From positions 30,026 to 94,025 of the forward strand of contig JAZJXT010000004.1 in the NCBI GenBank assembly GCA_040390725.1: a stretch of DNA of 64,000 nucleotides, in the 5' to 3' direction. Source of the stretch: Patescibacteria group bacterium (lineage in GTDB: Bacteria; Patescibacteriota; Minisyncoccia; Phycocordibacterales; UBA9973). The notes beneath the pieces were generated by a model. That model was not told where the DNA came from, did no database searches, and saw only the letters and a program-made list of their open reading frames with translations. How positions within the stretch are numbered: the first letter of the stretch is position 1; each line of letters begins with the position of its first letter. Of this stretch, positions 28,794-37,462 are shown one piece after another. A program made the position numbers and the translations under genes.

Positions 28794-30104
28794 ATGTTAG
28801 AAAGTAAAGTTGTAACAAGATTTGCGCCTAGCCCAACGGGATTTTTGCATTTGGGTGCATACAGGACGGCTATTTTTTCTTATCTTTATGCTAGGAAAAA
28901 TAATGGTATTTTTGTACTTCGGATTGAAGATACTGATAAGGAAAGATCCAAAAAAGAATATGAAGAAAATATTATTGAGAGCTTGAAATGGCTCGGGCTT
29001 GATTATGATCAATTTTACAGACAATCAGAAAATGTTGAAAGACATAAATTTTATTTGGAAAAAATGATTAAAGAGGGAAGTGCGTATATATCAAAAGAGG
29101 AAGCAAAAGACGGCAGTGGAATTATTAAAGAAATAATTCGTTTCAAGAATCCAAATATTGATGTAAGCTTCAAAGACGAAATAAAAGGTGAAGTGACAAT
29201 GAATACAAAAGATTTAGGTGATTTTGTCCTTGCGAAAAATTTAAATGAACCATTATTTCACTTGGCAGTAGTTGTGGATGATTTTGAAGAAGGAATAACT
29301 CACGTAATTCGAGGTGAAGATCATGTATCTAATACTCCTAGGCAAATCTTAATTCAAAAAGCTATCGGTGCACCAACCCCTATGTACGCGCATTTACCCC
29401 TCGTGCTAGGTGCTGATAAATTAAAACTTTCCAAGCGACGCGGAGCTCTAGCTATTACTGAATACCGAAAACTTGGTTTTTTACCGGAAGCTATTTTAAA
29501 CGGTGTGGCTTTTGTAGGATGGAATCCAGGCACAGAACAAGAAATTTTTACACATGATGAACTAATAAAAACATTTGAATTGTCAAAAGTCCAAAAAAGT
29601 CCGGCAGTTTTTAGTGAAGAAAAACTAGAATGGTTTAACAAAGAGCACATCAAAAAACTTTCGCAAAATGAAATAGAAAAAAATATTTTAGAATGGTTGC
29701 CAGAAAATATGCGTGATATGAAAATCGTTCCAATAATATCTGAAAGAATTTCAAAATGGAGCGATGTAAAAAAAATGATAAATACAGGGGAGTTAAATTT
29801 CTTTTTTGAAACCCCAGTACTTGTAAAAGAAAAATTAATTTTTAAAAATACGCCCATTGAAAAAATTTCTCAAAATTTAAATTCGGCCATTAATGTATTA
29901 CAAAACATCAATGATAAGGATTTTAATAAAGAAAATATAAAAAATTTATTGATGCCGATAGCTGAAACACTGCCTAGCAGAGGGGAGTTGTTGCATCCTG
30001 TACGCTATGCCTTGTCTGGACTCGATAAATCCCCTGATCCATTTATAATTGCAGAAATTTTAGGAAAAAATGAAACTTTATCACGCTTACAAAAAGCAGT
30101 TTAG
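28794..30104 (+). CDS. gltX: Glutamyl-tRNA synthetase (short form)
   Basis: HIGH motif RFAPSPTGFLHLG and KMSKS-like LKLSKRRG. 436 aa. Confidence 0.9.
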   Translation: MLESKVVTRFAPSPTGFLHLGAYRTAIFSYLYARKNNGIFVLRIEDTDKERSKKEYEENIIESLKWLGLDYDQFYRQSENVERHKFYLEKMIKEGSAYISKEEAKDGSGIIKEIIRFKNPNIDVSFKDEIKGEVTMNTKDLGDFVLAKNLNEPLFHLAVVVDDFEEGITHVIRGEDHVSNTPRQILIQKAIGAPTPMYAHLPLVLGADKLKLSKRRGALAITEYRKLGFLPEAILNGVAFVGWNPGTEQEIFTHDELIKTFELSKVQKSPAVFSEEKLEWFNKEHIKKLSQNEIEKNILEWLPENMRDMKIVPIISERISKWSDVKKMINTGELNFFFETPVLVKEKLIFKNTPIEKISQNLNSAINVLQNINDKDFNKENIKNLLMPIAETLPSRGELLHPVRYALSGLDKSPDPFIIAEILGKNETLSRLQKAV

Positions 30105-31353
30105 GGTTTTAATATTATTATTGGTATTTACCATACCGATAGTTTTTTCTTATGCGCAAACAATCGACGACTTAAATACTAAAATAAATCAAAGAAATAA
30201 TGACATCTTGGCACTGGAAAAAGAAATAGCATCTTATCAAAATCAACTAGATGATATCGGCAAGCAAAAAGTTTCCTTAAATAGTTCCATACAACAACTC
30301 GACCTGACTAGAAAAAAATTATCAGCTGACATTGCAGTCACAGAAAATAAAATTGAAAATACAAATTCTAAAATTGAAGAATTAAGTTCACAAATTGGTG
30401 ACAAGGAAGAAAAAATACAAAATGACACTGAAGCTATTAAACTAGAAATCCGAAAAACAAATGAGCTAGAATTAAATTCTATCGCCGAAACAATATTATC
30501 GGAAAATGATTTTACCTCCGCGTGGAATGATATTGATAATATGGCATCAGTTCGTGAAAAAATAAGAGGTAGCATCAATGAATTACAACAAATAAAGGGT
30601 CAGTTAGAAGATAATAGAAAAGAAACTACAGACGCTCGCAATGAGCTTTTGACCTTGAAATCAACATTAAATGACCAGAAGAAAATCGTCGATCAAAATA
30701 CAAATGAGAAAAAGAAGCTCTTGGCACAGACAAAAAATAATGAAACAAATTACCAAAAATTATTAAAAGACAGGATTGCAAAAAAAGATGCTTTCGAAAA
30801 AGATTTGCGTGATTACGAATCACAATTAAAATATATTTTAGATACATCTAAACTACCCCAAGCCGGAGTATTGTCTTGGCCTCTCGATAGTATTTTAGTG
30901 ACACAGCGTTTTGGTAAAACAGAAGCGGGTAAACGTCTTTATGCTACTGGCTCACACAATGGAGTGGATTTTCGCGCATCTGTGGGTACACCAGTAAAAG
31001 CAATGGCCGATGGCATAGTATCCGGCACCGGTGATACTGACATCCAATGTCCGGGAGTTTCATTCGGGCGCTTTGTGCTTATTAAGTATAACAACGGCTT
31101 AGCTAGTACTTATGGACATCTTTCTTTAATTAAAGTAAGTATCGGGCAAAAAGTCGCAAGGGGAGAAGTCGTAGGTTATAGTGGCAACACTGGATATTCT
31201 ACCGGCCCTCATTTACATGTGTCAGTTTATGCTCGTGATGCCGTAGACTTAAAGACATTACCAAGCAAGTCATGCCCGGGGCATGTATTAACCCAGCCAA
31301 TATCACCGATTAATGCTTATCTTGACCCATTATATTATTTACCTCATTTATAA
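30070..31353 (+). CDS. M23 (LytM-type) peptidoglycan endopeptidase with long N-terminal coiled coil (EnvC-like)
   Basis: Signal/TM segment, ~250 aa of heptad-rich coiled coil, C-terminal M23 motifs HNGVDF ... GNTGYSTGPHLH. The annotated start overlaps the gltX 3' end by 35 nt, so the true start may be downstream. Confidence 0.75.
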   Translation: MKLYHAYKKQFRVLILLLVFTIPIVFSYAQTIDDLNTKINQRNNDILALEKEIASYQNQLDDIGKQKVSLNSSIQQLDLTRKKLSADIAVTENKIENTNSKIEELSSQIGDKEEKIQNDTEAIKLEIRKTNELELNSIAETILSENDFTSAWNDIDNMASVREKIRGSINELQQIKGQLEDNRKETTDARNELLTLKSTLNDQKKIVDQNTNEKKKLLAQTKNNETNYQKLLKDRIAKKDAFEKDLRDYESQLKYILDTSKLPQAGVLSWPLDSILVTQRFGKTEAGKRLYATGSHNGVDFRASVGTPVKAMADGIVSGTGDTDIQCPGVSFGRFVLIKYNNGLASTYGHLSLIKVSIGQKVARGEVVGYSGNTGYSTGPHLHVSVYARDAVDLKTLPSKSCPGHVLTQPISPINAYLDPLYYLPHL

Positions 31354-31374
31354 AAACAAAAAGAAATTAACATC

Positions 31375-31581
31375 TTGGACGTTTTGAGCCTTGCGCTGAT
31401 TTTATACTTTATGGTAAAATTACTTGTAATGTTAAAAGAAAAAAAATTAGAAAATAAAGAGGGGGGATTTTTACAATTAATTCTTTTTATAGTAGCGGTG
31501 ATTCTCATATTATGGTATTTTCATTTAACTGTGCATGACATTTATAATTGGTTCATAACGATGTTCAATAATGTTTGGTAA
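31375..31581 (+). CDS. Small hydrophobic protein (68 aa)
   Basis: Two predicted TM helices and short. Could be a genuine small membrane protein or noise. Confidence 0.3.
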   Translation: MDVLSLALILYFMVKLLVMLKEKKLENKEGGFLQLILFIVAVILILWYFHLTVHDIYNWFITMFNNVW

Positions 31582-31960
31582 AAATACAAAAAAAGAAGCG
31601 GGGAGTTTGAGTATTTTAGGAATAGTATCCTTGCTGATTATTTTAATTGTCATTTTAAGTTACTTTAATATAAACCTTAAATCTGTCGTTGAAGACACTA
31701 CGAACACTTCAAGCGTAAAAAGTGTCGTACAAAGTCCTCAAACAGCCGATAATGTAAACTACGTGACCAGCACCATTCAAAATTTCTGGAATGATTTATG
31801 GGATAATTATCTAAGCGTACCTTTTACAAATTTTTATAATAATTTCTGGTTACCTTATATCTGGAATCCTTTTTGGGACAACATGAAAAGAATACAGAAC
31901 GGCCAACCGACTGATATTCAGAATGCAGCTCCCACGGTATACTTTGGCAATAATCCATAA
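31571..31960 (+). CDS. Hypothetical membrane-anchored protein with Trp-rich aromatic repeats
   Basis: N-terminal TM helix, then repeated FWNDLWDNYL / FWLPYIWNPFWDNM aromatic motifs. Confidence 0.4.
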   Translation: MFGKNTKKEAGSLSILGIVSLLIILIVILSYFNINLKSVVEDTTNTSSVKSVVQSPQTADNVNYVTSTIQNFWNDLWDNYLSVPFTNFYNNFWLPYIWNPFWDNMKRIQNGQPTDIQNAAPTVYFGNNP

Positions 31961-32052
31961 TAACAATATACGTACCCTACCGAAAACATATATTGTGCGA
32001 CACTGTATTATCTTAATTCCCCAATAAAATAGAGCTTTTAAAAAAGTAAATA

Positions 32053-32508
32053 TCAACACGAACTAGAGAGCGTATACCCTGCACGTTCTGCTTCTTCTTT
32101 TGTTTGGAAATAAATTTTGTTTTCTTCTTTGAGGTTATTGCCGGAAGTACAACCATTTGTATAATATTTGTGCCCTCTTTTTGAGGCAAAAAAATTACCA
32201 GATTTTGCACTAATATCTGTATCTTTTTGAGTTGATTTTATGGTGCTTAATACCCTTTTCGAGCCTATATTAGCCTCATTTAATCCATTTATAGCTGATT
32301 CTTGGCCCATTAAAGCATTTGCAGGCATAGTTAGGTGTGTTGAGCTTAAATCAGCCACAGATGTATTCTTAGACATTCTACCTAGCCCAAACGAGCTTAA
32401 ACCTACTAGAATAACGATTATAACCGTCAAAATATCTTTCCCCTTTTCAGTTCCGATAAAATACTTGATTTTTTCTATGTAATCGTTTATACTCATATCT
32501 GTATTCAT
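32053..32508 (-). CDS. Membrane-anchored protein with C-terminal Ada-like zinc-binding-type domain
   Basis: N-terminal TM segment. The C-terminus (KRGHKYYTNGCTSGNNLKEENKIYFQTKEEAERAGYTLSSSC) matches the pattern of the Ada N-terminal metal-binding fold (YH..C......I...F.S..EA...GY..C). Confidence 0.45.
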   Translation of the reverse strand: MNTDMSINDYIEKIKYFIGTEKGKDILTVIIVILVGLSSFGLGRMSKNTSVADLSSTHLTMPANALMGQESAINGLNEANIGSKRVLSTIKSTQKDTDISAKSGNFFASKRGHKYYTNGCTSGNNLKEENKIYFQTKEEAERAGYTLSSSC

Positions 32509-32576
32509 TATTATATTATATTTAAGTATTTAGTCATAGTTTCTACCAACTAGAACCTAGCAACTAACCCAAATTT

Positions 32577-32852
32577 ATGGCACATAGAAAAGCCGGCGGA
32601 ACCGCCAAAAACCTGCGAGATTCAAATCCAAAGTACCTAGGTACTAAACTTTCTGATGGCCAAAAGGCTCAAGCAGGCTCTGTTATCATTCGTCAAAGAG
32701 GCACAGCTATTATGGCCGGTGTAAACGTAGGTATCGGTAAAGACCACACCCTATTTGCCTTAAAGCCAGGCACTGTAAAATTCGGCACAAAGCGCAAAAC
32801 TTCTTTTAACGGCAAAACCGCAGTCAAAAAAATGGTGAGTGTGATTGCGTAA
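32577..32852 (+). CDS. rpmA: 50S ribosomal protein L27
   Basis: [22 protein letters not shown] ... IIRQRGT ... GKDHTLFA matches conserved L27. Confidence 0.9.
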   Translation: MAHRKAGGTAKNLRDSNPKYLGTKLSDGQKAQAGSVIIRQRGTAIMAGVNVGIGKDHTLFALKPGTVKFGTKRKTSFNGKTAVKKMVSVIA

Positions 32853-32880
32853 CAACTAGTTTTAAATAAAATAAAAAAAA

Positions 32881-32920
32881 GGGAGCAAACTTTGTTGTTT
32901 GTTCCCTTTTTGATTTTTTG
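32881..32920 (+). terminator. Rho-independent terminator after rpmA
   Basis: GGGAGCAAAC-TTTGTT-GTTTGTTCCC hairpin followed by TTTTTGATTTTTT. Confidence 0.6.
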
Positions 32921-32921
32921 G

Positions 32922-33149
32922 TTAGTGGCTTTTTCCACATCCATTATCGTGCATTCCATATGGATCAAGCTTTGTTTCTTCTTGTTTGAAGCAAAATTTG
33001 CAATATGGTTTTGCTACTAGTCTGGACTTATCCAAACTTTCCTCTTGTCTTGGGTAAACCCATTCGTGTTTACCTGTCGATGATTTTTTACACTCTTTCA
33101 TTTCGAAGAACAATTTTATACATGCGCCTGTTTTGGGACATAAACGCAA
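32922..33149 (-). CDS. Possible small Cys-rich protein (75 aa); uncertain
   Basis: Six Cys including a CKFC pair. A hairpin sits immediately upstream with no room for a separate promoter, so this may be spurious. Confidence 0.2.
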   Translation of the reverse strand: MRLCPKTGACIKLFFEMKECKKSSTGKHEWVYPRQEESLDKSRLVAKPYCKFCFKQEETKLDPYGMHDNGCGKSH

Positions 33150-33178
33150 AACCCCTTCTCAAACTTGAGAAGGGGTTA
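33141..33178 (-). terminator. Hairpin terminator/attenuator downstream of the TrpR-like gene (minus strand)
   Basis: AACCCCTTCTCAA-ACT-TGAGAAGGGGTT perfect 13-bp stem with a weak U-run on the minus strand (TTTTGCGTTT). Confidence 0.4.
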
Positions 33179-33228
33179 ATTTTATATTTTAGTTAAGATT
33201 TTCTTTTTTGTGTTTTTAAAATAGAATA

Positions 33229-33570
33229 TCAAACCAATCCCTTTCCAAGTTTAAGTTGAGAATGGTTATGATGATGCAAATTATTTATTACGGAACGATA
33301 TCCGCCGAAAATTCCTTTCAGGGCTTTTGAGACTCGAGCTATCGTCGTCGAGCTTAATCCTGTTTTTTCTATGATTGCATTGTATTGAACATCTTGCGAA
33401 AGCATTCGTGCAGCTAAAAAGCGATTGGAGAATTCCTCGATTTCTTGTTTGGTTAAAAGGTCACACAAAAAACGCTCGGCTTCGTCTTTATCTTTCAAAG
33501 ATAAAATAGCCTCTACCAGTTCCCTCTTTTCTTTTGTATTCCAATTCACTTGTGTTTCTTTGTCTGACAT
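33229..33570 (-). CDS. TrpR-like / YerC-YecD family DNA-binding protein
   Basis: LCDLLTKQEIEEFSNRFLAARML ... IIEKTGLSSTTIARVSKALKGIFGGY matches the TrpR_YerC helix-turn-helix pattern. Confidence 0.6.
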   Translation of the reverse strand: MSDKETQVNWNTKEKRELVEAILSLKDKDEAERFLCDLLTKQEIEEFSNRFLAARMLSQDVQYNAIIEKTGLSSTTIARVSKALKGIFGGYRSVINNLHHHNHSQLKLGKGLV

Positions 33571-33655
33571 AAGGCTACTTTAGCAAAGTAAAGTTCTTTA
33601 GTCAAGTAAAGTAGATAAGTAAGCTGTGGATAACTCGAAATACCCTTTATTTACA

Positions 33656-33687
33656 ATAAAAAAAAATCCCTTCAGGTGAAGGGATTA
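33656..33687 (-). terminator. Rho-independent terminator (minus strand) after 33721..34116
   Basis: AATCCCTTCA-CC-TGAAGGGATT hairpin followed by a run of nine T on the minus strand. Confidence 0.55.
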
Positions 33688-33720
33688 GGGGGGGTCAGTC
33701 TCTTATTGTTTAAGAAAATT

Positions 33721-34116
33721 TTATTTCCTTGATAATTCATGTAACTTTTTAAATAATAAATCATAGGAATTTTCTTTTTTTTGATTTAGCACGAAATCAA
33801 ACTTCTTATCTTCTCCTTCTTCCAGGTATTCCGGTGAAAATGCATACAAAATAATATAACAGGCCGGATTTTTTTTCTTGGCATCTTTAACAAGACGCAG
33901 TACTGCTCCCGTTTTATTGGGTCCAATATTTTCACCGGGTAATACTGCCTCAGTAACTATTACGCAATGTCCATGCTGAGGAATTAATGAAAGAACTTTA
34001 TTTTCATGTTGAGCATAATGTACATCAAATAAAAGTCTACTTGACTGGACACGCTCTTCAATTGCCGAAAAATTTAATTTCGACTCATTGCATAGAATTA
34101 AGGTTTTATTAGGCAT
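33721..34116 (-). CDS. Hypothetical protein with receiver-domain-like (CheY-like) fold signature but no phospho-acceptor Asp
   Basis: LILCNES N-terminus and HCVIVTEAVLPGENIGPNKTGAVLRLVK resemble the receiver beta3/alpha3 region, with T/E where the Asp would be. Inference only. Confidence 0.35.
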   Translation of the reverse strand: MPNKTLILCNESKLNFSAIEERVQSSRLLFDVHYAQHENKVLSLIPQHGHCVIVTEAVLPGENIGPNKTGAVLRLVKDAKKKNPACYIILYAFSPEYLEEGEDKKFDFVLNQKKENSYDLLFKKLHELSRK

Positions 34117-34202
34117 AACTAAAGTGGTTTAATGTGAATTGAATTAGAAAAAACTAAACTTTTTCATAGTTTAGCGTATATTTTTAAGTCTGTCAATTTA
34201 AT

Positions 34203-34646
34203 TTATGCCTTCTCAACAACTAGCTTAAATGAAGTTTTGTGACCTTTAATTTGAATAGGGATTTCATATTCCCCTGTTTCTTTTATGGGCTTTTCTAAAA
34301 CAACAAAGCTCTCCCCTATTTCGGCTTTGTGCTGAGTTTTTAATGCATCTATTATTTCTTTTTTGTGAACTGCAGAAAAGAGGCTCCCCTTTTCATTTGC
34401 CTTGCCAGAAATTTTTACAATTTTATTTTTTATTTCAGATAAATTCTTTAATAGTAAATCTTCTTGGATTTTATTTGTCATTACTATTTCTTGTTTGCGT
34501 CTTTCTAGATTTGCCACAGCCGATGCCGTAGCCATCTCTGCTAATTTCTTTGGAAAAAGAAAATTTGCGGCGTAACCGTCGTTTACTTCTTTTATATCAT
34601 GCCTCTTCCCTACTCTCGGTACATCTTTTAAGAATATTACTTTCAT
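34203..34646 (-). CDS. rplI: 50S ribosomal protein L9
   Basis: MKVIFLKDVPRVGKRHDIKEVNDGYAANFLFPKKLA is the conserved L9 N-domain. Confidence 0.85.
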   Translation of the reverse strand: MKVIFLKDVPRVGKRHDIKEVNDGYAANFLFPKKLAEMATASAVANLERRKQEIVMTNKIQEDLLLKNLSEIKNKIVKISGKANEKGSLFSAVHKKEIIDALKTQHKAEIGESFVVLEKPIKETGEYEIPIQIKGHKTSFKLVVEKA

Positions 34647-34665
34647 ATAAATTAGGTCCTAGGGA

Positions 34666-35889
34666 CTAGTGATTAGGTTCTAGTAATAATTGCACCGCTT
34701 TATCCATTTGTGGATCTTTTTTAGCATCAGAATCTTTTTGAGTAAACTCAACTTTATAATCAGGAGTTAGACCTTTTTCAGAAATAGAATTACCATTTGG
34801 TGTGAGCCACTTTGCAATAGTAATTTTTAAAATTGTATCGGGAGTAATATCTACAACTTCTTGTACGGAACCTTTGCCATAGCTTTGTTCACCTACGAGT
34901 TTTGCTTTTTTATAATCCTGCATTGCGCCGGCAAAAATTTCTGAAGCGGAAGCTGAGCCACCGTCAATTAAAATAATAAATTTTAATTTATCAGTGAATA
35001 CGTCATAACCGGCACTCCTGTGACTTTTCGGCTTATCTTTGCCTCCATAATCTTCGGTAACTATAGTTTTACCGGATGGCAAGAACCAGCTCGCCATATC
35101 CACAGCTGCATCTAAATATCCTCCAGGATTGCCTCGTAAATCAAGAATTAATTTATCACTTCCGGAATCTGCAAATTTATTCACGGCATCTCTGAAAAGA
35201 TTTGCTGAATTTGCGGAGAAGCTATACAGCTTAATTACAAAAATTCCATCTTTACGTGTTTCAGTATCGAGAGTCGGCACATTAATAACATCACGCACAA
35301 CTTTTATTTCTCTAGGAGTTTTTTCACCATCTCGGAAAATAGTCAGAGTAACGGTCGTACCTTTTTCACCGCGAATAAGTTTTATTGCTTTTTCTATACT
35401 CAAATCTGAAGTAATTTTCCCATCAATTTTCAAAATCTTATCGCCTGATTTAATGCCTGCATTATATCCAGGCGTATCTTTGAGTGGAGCAACTACTGTT
35501 AAAATTTTATCTTTTATACCTACCTCTACCCCTATTCCTGTGAAATTACCAGCAATATCACCTTCAAATACCTTTGCCTCGTCCGGACTAAAAAAGACGC
35601 TGTATGGGTCATTTAATGAGCCCACAAGCCCTGAAATAGCACCGTAAACCTTGCTCTGATCGTTTAATTTGCTAGCATCCGGTGATTTTTCATTTATAAC
35701 ATTCCAAGCCTTCCAAAATGGAGAAAAATCCGCTTGCGCTGTAACTGTACTAGGAACTTCTTTGCCTATGAGTGCTATCCTGTCTACATAAGGACGATTA
35801 TGAAATCCAATATAAACACCAAAGCCAAAAAAAATAGCGAGAAGTAAAATAATTCCTGAAGTTCTTCTTGTTTTAAAATATTCAAGCAT
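34666..35889 (-). CDS. ctpA: Carboxyl-terminal processing protease (S41 family) with PDZ domain
   Basis: N-terminal TM, PDZ region, S41 catalytic motifs LDLRGNPGGYL and GGSASASEIFAGAMQD. Confidence 0.85.
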   Translation of the reverse strand: MLEYFKTRRTSGIILLLAIFFGFGVYIGFHNRPYVDRIALIGKEVPSTVTAQADFSPFWKAWNVINEKSPDASKLNDQSKVYGAISGLVGSLNDPYSVFFSPDEAKVFEGDIAGNFTGIGVEVGIKDKILTVVAPLKDTPGYNAGIKSGDKILKIDGKITSDLSIEKAIKLIRGEKGTTVTLTIFRDGEKTPREIKVVRDVINVPTLDTETRKDGIFVIKLYSFSANSANLFRDAVNKFADSGSDKLILDLRGNPGGYLDAAVDMASWFLPSGKTIVTEDYGGKDKPKSHRSAGYDVFTDKLKFIILIDGGSASASEIFAGAMQDYKKAKLVGEQSYGKGSVQEVVDITPDTILKITIAKWLTPNGNSISEKGLTPDYKVEFTQKDSDAKKDPQMDKAVQLLLEPNH

Positions 35890-35915
35890 ATATAAATGTT
35901 AGTATAGCACTTTTT

Positions 35916-37241
35916 TTATTGTGGCAAAAGAGCATCTTCGGTATAAGTATTTTCCGGATCCCAAAGCATCCAAGAATTCAATCCGGCATCATCTACGGCT
36001 TTTATTTGAGCTCGAACCATTTCCGGAGTGTACTGCGCACCCAAATTAAAATCTTGCAACCAGGGTCGTAGTTTTAGTGAATCAATGCCTGCTGTCTTTA
36101 ATCTTTCAACTGCTTTTTTCATAGAAAAATTTACAATTTCATAAGGCTTTGTCGCAGGATTTTTATATCCATAAGTGTCAGAAGCAAAATGTGAAGGATA
36201 ATCCATCGGCGCCACATAATCAAAATAAGTAGATACTGGAATTAACATTTGCCCGATGCCTAAGTCATTGTCTTCGGTGGTGGCGAGCCCAAAAATATCT
36301 GCAGATATTTTTGGGCGTAAAGTTACTTCATTATTTACCCCCGCAAAACTATCATGCAAGTATGTAAAAAAACTTTTCATAACTTCTGCGCGAATTTTTC
36401 CATTTGAAACAGGATAATAAATATCTTTCAAATCTCCATCTGCAGGATATCGAATATAGTCAAAATTTAATTCATCAAAACCATCCATATAGGCTTCATG
36501 ACCAATGGCTACAACGTAATCCCAAACTTCTTTTGTTCCAGCATCAAGCCAATAAGTGCACAGCTTTTCTTGATGTCTCCTTATGGCTCTTTTACATTTA
36601 TCATCAGCCCATAATGCAGTTTTATCTGAACGTTTTTTTACAGCAAACTCACTATATTTCTTTGCAAAATACGGATCCTGAAAAGTAGCAATACGTCCGA
36701 TAACATAAATATTATTTTTATGAAGTTCATCTATAAAACTTTTTATATCTTTAACTCTTTTTTCAACAGAACCCATTTTTATAAGTTCCGGATTTGAAAC
36801 TGAAAAAGAAATATGCCCGGTGGAATCCTTCACATCTATCACAACAGCATTTAGCTCTGTACGTTTTATCATATCAAAAATTTTATTTCTAAAAGATAAA
36901 TTCCCTGCCACCCAACTAGACATATATACAGCTTTAACGGGAGAAGGAGTATCAATGTGTGTGACGACTACGGCATCTTCGGGATTTACTTTTACTGTCG
37001 TAGTAGTATTTACACTAATGGCATTTTCCGGAGTACTTACAGCCTGGGGTAATTCATTGTTAGGCAAAATAGATTCATGATTTGACTGACCTAATTTTGC
37101 ATTATATTTGAAGTTATAAATTTCCGGTATAATAAAATAAGCCAGAACCACAAGCAAAAAACCTGCGAGAAATATCAGGAAAATTCTTTTTTTCTTAATT
37201 ATTTTCTTCATTAAAATTTCTATTTTCTGAAAAAGTATCAA
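35916..37241 (-). CDS. Putative glycoside-hydrolase-like TIM-barrel protein (YngK/DUF4015-like), membrane-anchored
   Basis: N-terminal TM; the GFDELNFDYIRYP motif is characteristic of the putative GH-like DUF4015 family. Confidence 0.45.
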   Translation of the reverse strand: MILFQKIEILMKKIIKKKRIFLIFLAGFLLVVLAYFIIPEIYNFKYNAKLGQSNHESILPNNELPQAVSTPENAISVNTTTTVKVNPEDAVVVTHIDTPSPVKAVYMSSWVAGNLSFRNKIFDMIKRTELNAVVIDVKDSTGHISFSVSNPELIKMGSVEKRVKDIKSFIDELHKNNIYVIGRIATFQDPYFAKKYSEFAVKKRSDKTALWADDKCKRAIRRHQEKLCTYWLDAGTKEVWDYVVAIGHEAYMDGFDELNFDYIRYPADGDLKDIYYPVSNGKIRAEVMKSFFTYLHDSFAGVNNEVTLRPKISADIFGLATTEDNDLGIGQMLIPVSTYFDYVAPMDYPSHFASDTYGYKNPATKPYEIVNFSMKKAVERLKTAGIDSLKLRPWLQDFNLGAQYTPEMVRAQIKAVDDAGLNSWMLWDPENTYTEDALLPQ

Positions 37242-37422
37242 AAACTTTCTTTTTAGATGCTCCTATTTTTATTTGAAATTCTTTATACAAAACATAAGAA
37301 AAACAAACCAGACAAAAGCCGGTCAAAGTAAATAGAACATTTTTCCATGATTCAGGAAAACCTAAATAAGGCAGTATTACCACCCATATACCTAAAACTA
37401 AAAGTATTCTCGCTCGTTGCAT
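37195..37422 (-). CDS. Small membrane protein (75 aa)
   Basis: Two TM helices. Overlaps the start of the downstream GH-like gene by 47 nt. Confidence 0.3.
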   Translation of the reverse strand: MQRARILLVLGIWVVILPYLGFPESWKNVLFTLTGFCLVCFSYVLYKEFQIKIGASKKKVFDTFSENRNFNEENN

Positions 37423-37462
37423 TCAGCCATTATAACAGAAAAGCTTTTCAAAATGCAACAAA

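Noticed and set aside
30070-30104. 35-nt overlap between gltX 3' end and the M23 peptidase start
   Set aside because: Probably an over-extended start call for the peptidase (possible alternative non-ATG start just before the signal peptide) rather than a real long overlap. Not treated as a finding.
35129-35647. 172-aa plus-strand ORF inside ctpA
   Set aside because: Antisense shadow ORF within a well-supported S41 protease gene.
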